A stretch of 31,202 nucleotides of DNA from a virus (lineage: Duplodnaviria; Caudoviricetes). Below the pieces are notes generated by a model, which did no database searches, was not told the DNA's origin, and saw only the letters and a program-made list of their open reading frames with translations. Position numbers and translations under genes: made by a program. Below, piece after piece: positions 26,877-31,202 of this stretch. The stretch covers positions 1 through 31,202 of IMG/VR virus record IMGVR_UViG_3300012667_000544, one strand, 5' to 3'. How positions within the stretch are numbered: position 1 is the stretch's first letter; every line of letters starts with the position of its first letter.

Positions 26877-26884
26877 CAAATATA
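26877..26884 (-). promoter_or_regulatory. Bacteroidota sigma70 -7 element upstream of the hairpins and tRNA
   Basis: Intergenic TATATTTG. Confidence 0.6.
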
Positions 26885-26956
26885 TTATATTTTCTTAAAT
26901 GTTCTATCTGAACTCTTTTATAGTTAGGGGTTGCCACTGTGGTTTTCTCTACTGAT

Positions 26957-27334
26957 TTAACCATGATAAAAATGCCTATACATAATAACAGCTAATATAA
27001 TAAAGCATGTTATTGCATCCATTCTAACAATATCAAGAGTTCTCTCATAACTACTGTTCTTCTTAAAAATCCATGATAAACATCCTACTATGAATAAAAC
27101 CATAAATAATATAAACTGACTAGAAGCTAACACACCAATCACTGACCAAATAGTGTAGAAAAATCCTACTAATATTAAAGGTTTAAGGGTTATTAAACTT
27201 CCATCTTGCATATCACTTTTCTTAAAAGAATTTACTAAGTCAGCAGGGTTAATTGCTACATATGCTTCATATACAAGGAATACTATTCCTATTAAAAAAT
27301 ATGCTGTTACCATTTTCCTGAGTTTGTTATACAA
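26957..27334 (-). CDS. Multi-pass membrane protein (start may be 27313)
   Basis: About four hydrophobic segments. Confidence 0.75.
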   Translation of the reverse strand: MYNKLRKMVTAYFLIGIVFLVYEAYVAINPADLVNSFKKSDMQDGSLITLKPLILVGFFYTIWSVIGVLASSQFILFMVLFIVGCLSWIFKKNSSYERTLDIVRMDAITCFIILAVIMYRHFYHG

Positions 27335-27543
27335 TATCTACTTCCTACATGGGCATTCATCCAGTCTCCAGCACTTAGCACAAACTCTTTGTTGTTACTA
27401 CTGCATTCATTCTTAATTACTACACTATAGTTCTGTACATTATCTGATTGTACTATACCACAGTTACAAGGACCTTCATCTTTTTTCTTCTTGCAGGAAC
27501 CTAATAAGGCTACAACTGCTATTGCTAATACTATTTTTTTCAT
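27307..27543 (-). CDS. Small lipoprotein
   Basis: MKK + hydrophobic core + LGSC lipobox, then KKKKDE; four further Cys. Confidence 0.8.
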   Translation of the reverse strand: MKKIVLAIAVVALLGSCKKKKDEGPCNCGIVQSDNVQNYSVVIKNECSSNNKEFVLSAGDWMNAHVGSRYCITNSGKW

Positions 27544-27544
27544 G

Positions 27545-27787
27545 TTATTTGTTTTTAAAGTTTATAGGTATACTCCTTAATGTTTGGTCTGGGTGGCTCA
27601 TAGGATACATAACTCTCATCTTACTAAATAAATCAGCTTTTTCTAATCCATTACCTAAATTAATAGCAGCTTTTATAAGCAACATTCTTTCTTGTCTTGC
27701 TTTTTTGTTTAGTTGATGATATTCCCCATGAAACTTGTCTATATCTTCTATGTAATTTCTTACAAAAATCTTTACTTGCTGGGTCAT
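27545..27787 (-). CDS. Hypothetical protein
   Basis: 80-aa ORF, 1-nt spacing on both sides. Confidence 0.75.
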   Translation of the reverse strand: MTQQVKIFVRNYIEDIDKFHGEYHQLNKKARQERMLLIKAAINLGNGLEKADLFSKMRVMYPMSHPDQTLRSIPINFKNK

Positions 27788-27788
27788 A

Positions 27789-28094
27789 TTATTTTTTTCT
27801 GCAGATTTCTATTAGTTTATCTAAACAAGCACTTTCTGCTTCTTCATATGTATCATATACAGTATGATCATAATCAGTACCATTATGTATAAATAATCCA
27901 TAAAAAGCAGGATATTCAGATTTAATATACCAACATGTAGCATATTGATTACGTAACCATCTAAATGCTTGTGAATAGGTTGGAGCTTCTTCAGGTTTGT
28001 TTTTTTCAATATATCGAAAACTTAAACAAGGTTCATCAAAACCTAATTCTTTAAGAGCTAGTGCTTGGTTGTGTTTTGTAAAATCTTTATTCAT
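27789..28094 (-). CDS. Conserved Bacteroidota phage hypothetical protein
   Basis: ALALKELGFDEPC...APTYSQAFRW.R...TYEEAE.ACL.KLIEI. Confidence 0.8.
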   Translation of the reverse strand: MNKDFTKHNQALALKELGFDEPCLSFRYIEKNKPEEAPTYSQAFRWLRNQYATCWYIKSEYPAFYGLFIHNGTDYDHTVYDTYEEAESACLDKLIEICRKK

Positions 28095-28095
28095 G

Positions 28096-28332
28096 TTATT
28101 TTATATTAGTTAGTGGGTAAGAGTTTAAGATTACATCTTTTGTTAAAAAATCTTTTTCAACCTCCATATCTACTATTTCAGCAGCTTCTTTAAGGGCAGC
28201 TTCAACATGTAGTTTAGCAAATTCAATCATTAAATTATAAACTTCCTGATAATTAGCTTCTGCTAAAATAGTTTTAAAGTCTTCTTCTTGACTCCAAGCA
28301 AATTCTTCTGCTGTTGGTATTTTATTTTCCAT
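28096..28332 (-). CDS. Conserved Bacteroidota phage hypothetical protein
   Basis: IPTAEEF...MIEFAKLHVEAALK...ILNSYPL.NIK. Confidence 0.8.
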   Translation of the reverse strand: MENKIPTAEEFAWSQEEDFKTILAEANYQEVYNLMIEFAKLHVEAALKEAAEIVDMEVEKDFLTKDVILNSYPLTNIK

Positions 28333-28333
28333 G

Positions 28334-28705
28334 TTATTTGTTTATGTTATTAACCATGATTATAATTACAATAGCATGAAGTAGTTGATCAAATCCAAAC
28401 ACAACCCAATGCCATTTATTAGCAGGAGATTGTAATGCAGGAAACCAACCATTCATCCTACCTTTCCATATATCAATTAGAAAGTGTGTGATTAACTGAA
28501 ACCCCATCAATAAGATTGTGTTTGAGATCCCAATACATCCTAAAAATATACCCATCAATAAAGTGTGCACCATTGCATGAGTTAAAATAGGAATAAAAGG
28601 TTTACCTAATCTTTTTGCATTAAGCATCCAACCAGTTGATAAGTGTGTGTAATCTGCTAAAAAATGGCATATAAATAGCCCTATTAAAATTGTTGTTTGT
28701 GTCAT
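28334..28705 (-). CDS. DUF3307 family membrane protein
   Basis: HFLADY, HA..H, THFLID, GFDQLLH; start placed at ATG 28705. Confidence 0.85.
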   Translation of the reverse strand: MTQTTILIGLFICHFLADYTHLSTGWMLNAKRLGKPFIPILTHAMVHTLLMGIFLGCIGISNTILLMGFQLITHFLIDIWKGRMNGWFPALQSPANKWHWVVFGFDQLLHAIVIIIMVNNINK

Positions 28706-28706
28706 A

Positions 28707-28928
28707 TTAGTCTTGTTTATGTTTGTTAATAAAATCCTTCCACTGGTTACCTGTCCAGTCAAGGCTTGTTAGTCCTGTAGGAATAAGCTTACCATTCATT
28801 GCTAAGTCCCATTGCTTTCCCCATTTTACAGGCCAACCTGCTGGTAAGTCTTCATCAAGAATGACTCTTCTTACCAACCTACTAGACTTTAATGGAGTGT
28901 TCATAGGAGTGTTCCATATCTTAGTCAT
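28707..28928 (-). CDS. Hypothetical protein
   Basis: 73-aa ORF, ATGA-coupled. Confidence 0.75.
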   Translation of the reverse strand: MTKIWNTPMNTPLKSSRLVRRVILDEDLPAGWPVKWGKQWDLAMNGKLIPTGLTSLDWTGNQWKDFINKHKQD

Positions 28929-29113
28929 ATCTTAGGTTCTCCACAATCATTACAGGTTTTTACTATTATAAAGTAATCACCTTGGTTATACAACTTGTTA
29001 GCCTCCTCAAGAGTCTGAGGTTTAACATACTTACTAGGTTTAAGATATGTTCTCCATACTGGTTTCTCCTGTTTACAGAAGTCACACTTATCATATTCTA
29101 TACATCCACTCAT
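28925..29113 (-). CDS. Small zinc-ribbon protein
   Basis: CDFC...CNDC. Confidence 0.75.
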   Translation of the reverse strand: MSGCIEYDKCDFCKQEKPVWRTYLKPSKYVKPQTLEEANKLYNQGDYFIIVKTCNDCGEPKI

Positions 29114-29115
29114 AG

Positions 29116-29364
29116 TTAATAATGTTTAAGTTCTGGGTACTCTATTACCTTTACAAATCTCTTGTCTGTTTTATAGTGATGTTCTAATACTTCTAGAAGT
29201 AACTCTTCTTTAGTGTCTTTGCAGTAGAGTATATCTACACTATCTCCAAAACCAGCCATCTGAGAGTAGCTTATGTATTTCCACCCAAGCCAAGTCTTTT
29301 TTTGTATAAGATAGTCTGATGGTATTTTACCTCTTTTAATAAATCTGATTTTTATTGTTTTCAT
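29116..29364 (-). CDS. Hypothetical protein
   Basis: 82-aa ORF. Confidence 0.75.
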   Translation of the reverse strand: MKTIKIRFIKRGKIPSDYLIQKKTWLGWKYISYSQMAGFGDSVDILYCKDTKEELLLEVLEHHYKTDKRFVKVIEYPELKHY

Positions 29365-29482
29365 TCTCTACAGGTTTAAGTGTACATACATGACCATCAC
29401 TCCATTTAATACCTGGAGGAGATGTTAATTCTGGTGAGCTGTACTTGGTACCACACTCACTACATATAAAGTTATTCATCAT
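29336..29482 (-). CDS. Small zinc-finger-like protein (48 aa, not in the ORF track)
   Basis: MMNNFICSECGTKYSSPELTSPPGIKWSDGHVCTLKP...; ATGA-coupled to the methyltransferase gene. Confidence 0.65.
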   Translation of the reverse strand: MMNNFICSECGTKYSSPELTSPPGIKWSDGHVCTLKPVENENNKNQIY

Positions 29483-30315
29483 AATAAAGGTATTATATGG
29501 TTATTAATTGCTATTTGAGAGCTGTCTATAATATGACACATTCTTTTAAGTTCTTTGCATGCTTGCAGTATTTTACCAGAACCTCCAAATGGGTCTAATA
29601 CCCAGTCTCCTATTTTAGTAGCTTGTTCTACTAAGGTTCTGATCATAGGATATGGTTTTGCAGAGGGATATTCTTTAAGATTTGGTATTTCTTGAAAGTC
29701 AATCACCCATTGGCTAAGGTTATCTACCTGTCCACTTTTACTAAACACATAAATATGTTCAGGAGGCATAAGGTATTTACCCATGTTCATTCTGTTACCA
29801 GTACTCCAAAGCTTTGTATAAGATCCTGTTCTGTTACACATCTTTAAAGATGATTTACTGAACTCTTTCATATATCTATCATGAGCAGGCTTACTGGTTT
29901 TTCCTGAGGTAAACATGAATAATAATGGACTATTGTCCTCCTTGAGTAATGTCTCAAGCTTAGTTATAAGATCTCCAAATTGGGTAGGAGATATTTTATC
30001 ACAGGAGAATAGGTCTCTATTACCACCTTTTTGGCCGGCAGCATCATAGGGTATATCTAAGAAGATAAAATCAAATAAATCACCCTGGCTAATCATGTCA
30101 TCTACTATTTGCATAGTATCTCCATGTTGAACAATAGCTTCTGATGAGATATATAATCCTTTATCTAGTTTAGTGATACCTTTACCTACATTCTCATATA
30201 CTCTACCTCTAATTGTTGTTTGAGCAATGTCAGGAAACTTTGTATAAAGCTCCCTCATACTCATCTGTTGACTAGTACTTTTAAGTACTTCAAGTATTCT
30301 TTGTCTTAAGCTCAT
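29479..30315 (-). CDS. Beta-class amino (N6-A/N4-C) DNA methyltransferase with N-terminal winged HTH
   Basis: Motif IV FLDIPY precedes YPSAKP and motif I VLDPFGGSG; the first ~57 aa are wHTH-like. Confidence 0.85.
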   Translation of the reverse strand: MSLRQRILEVLKSTSQQMSMRELYTKFPDIAQTTIRGRVYENVGKGITKLDKGLYISSEAIVQHGDTMQIVDDMISQGDLFDFIFLDIPYDAAGQKGGNRDLFSCDKISPTQFGDLITKLETLLKEDNSPLLFMFTSGKTSKPAHDRYMKEFSKSSLKMCNRTGSYTKLWSTGNRMNMGKYLMPPEHIYVFSKSGQVDNLSQWVIDFQEIPNLKEYPSAKPYPMIRTLVEQATKIGDWVLDPFGGSGKILQACKELKRMCHIIDSSQIAINNHIIPLL

Positions 30316-30316
30316 A

Positions 30317-30790
30317 TTAGTCTTGTTTTTTAGTTGGTGGATTATAGTTCTCTGCTAACCAGCACTCAATCATAAGTGGTGGTGCTCCCATAGGTACTTT
30401 TTGAGCATCTCTATAGAACTCTCTGATTATTTCTTCCCAGGCTTGTTCTCTTAATTGGTCAAGTCTAGTAGGATATGCAGGTTCATCAAACTCAGGCATT
30501 GGTTTAAAGTTTACAGTTATATCACCTTCCTTCATGGTTAACCAGGAAGCATTAACTAAATACTCCTTACTTACAAGTTTAGCATATTTGTTAATGCTGT
30601 TGCTAGGAAAGTCTACAATCTCAAATTCTACTTCTAGCCCTTCATTAGAGTCATACAACATTAATCCATCTATATGACCATTGTCTATTAGAGGTAGTAT
30701 TCTTACTCTTATGCTGCCATGATAAAGCTCATCTTTAACATGGTACCATACCTGCCAACCATTTTCTGTTTTATGCAGTGTTCCTTTCAT
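30317..30790 (-). CDS. Hypothetical phage protein
   Basis: 157-aa ORF. Confidence 0.8.
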   Translation of the reverse strand: MKGTLHKTENGWQVWYHVKDELYHGSIRVRILPLIDNGHIDGLMLYDSNEGLEVEFEIVDFPSNSINKYAKLVSKEYLVNASWLTMKEGDITVNFKPMPEFDEPAYPTRLDQLREQAWEEIIREFYRDAQKVPMGAPPLMIECWLAENYNPPTKKQD

Positions 30791-30791
30791 A

Positions 30792-31151
30792 TTAGTCTTC
30801 TTTGTTTATTAAATCTCTAACTACATGCACATAAATAGCATCAGTCTTCTTAGTAAAGTAGGCAGCGGAGCCAAAGTCAAAGCTGAAGGCCCACACATAG
30901 TCTGAACTGTACTCCAAACTAGTCCAATAGTAGTCTCCATCAATTAATTTATCTTTATAAATCATAAAACACTCTTCAATAGTTGGTAATCTCCAACCAT
31001 TTCCAAGCTTTTTAACAGCTTTAACAGCTTTATCCCAAGTCATTTCTCCTAAACTATCTGGGTATAACTCAAAGTGATAATGCTTATCAACTATTTTAGA
31101 TTGTTTAATCACAGGTGTATATTCCACACCATCTATTATTATGTTTTTCAT
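30792..31151 (-). CDS. Lcl/DUF1566-like (C-type lectin fold) domain protein
   Basis: MTW..A......GWRLPTIEE...YWTS.E.....W.F.F..G......K.....V..VR. Confidence 0.8.
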   Translation of the reverse strand: MKNIIIDGVEYTPVIKQSKIVDKHYHFELYPDSLGEMTWDKAVKAVKKLGNGWRLPTIEECFMIYKDKLIDGDYYWTSLEYSSDYVWAFSFDFGSAAYFTKKTDAIYVHVVRDLINKED

Positions 31152-31201
31152 TAGTCTTTGTTTAGTGAGTTAATACCTATACTTGGAATGATTATTTTGT
31201 A
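31151..31201 (-). CDS. 3' end of a gene entering from the right edge
   Basis: ...YKIIIPSIGINSLNKD*, TAATG-coupled to the next gene. Confidence 0.5.
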   Translation of the reverse strand, partial: YKIIIPSIGINSLNKD

Positions 31202-31202
31202 A

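Noticed and set aside
27821-28009. 62-aa minus-strand ORF nested in 27789..28094
   Set aside because: Alternative frame inside a better-supported gene.
1242-28935. Short plus-strand ORFs in the track (1242, 2828, 4420, 5603, 9548, 11286, 12254, 13479, 16807, 19499, 22908, 27522, 28723)
   Set aside because: They are antisense shadows of well-supported minus-strand genes or terminators and have no recognisable motifs.
1-31202. Stop-codon reassignment as in some crAss-like phages
   Set aside because: Genes are full length and tightly packed in the standard code, and the tRNA is Arg(UCU), not a suppressor.
1-31202. CRISPR array
   Set aside because: No regularly spaced 25-45-nt repeats; the junction motif is short and separated by whole genes.

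Overview
AT-rich segment of a tailed dsDNA bacteriophage genome, almost certainly infecting Bacteroidota (Bacteroidota-type TAnnTTTG promoters, no Shine-Dalgarno pattern, crAss-like PolB and primase); standard genetic code. Nearly all genes lie on the minus strand. From right to left: (i) a variable array of short accessory genes (~24-31 kb) with an Lcl/DUF1566-like protein, a wHTH-fused DNA methyltransferase, DUF3307, a lipoprotein, a membrane protein and tRNA-Arg(UCU); (ii) HNH and GIY-YIG endonucleases, SF2 helicase and ClpS; (iii) a replication/recombination block (UDG, DnaA-domain-IV-like protein, DnaB-type helicase, RecT-like protein, SSB, primase, GIY-YIG nuclease); (iv) a MoxR-type AAA+ ATPase and HExxH/VWA pair flanked by three proteins that share a ~45-aa paralogous domain; (v) a PD-(D/E)XK exonuclease and a family B DNA polymerase that runs off the left edge and is absent from the supplied ORF track. 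Main unexpected observations: the five-gene MoxR/VWA module with its shared domain; two insertions that leave a truncated copy of a gene's 5' end upstream and an intact start downstream; a recurrent AAACAAGACTAA(TA)TG gene-junction motif; extreme CpG depletion; a two-hairpin RNA directly upstream of the tRNA; and a DGR variable-region-like codon signature. All family assignments come from recognising motifs by eye; no database search was run.
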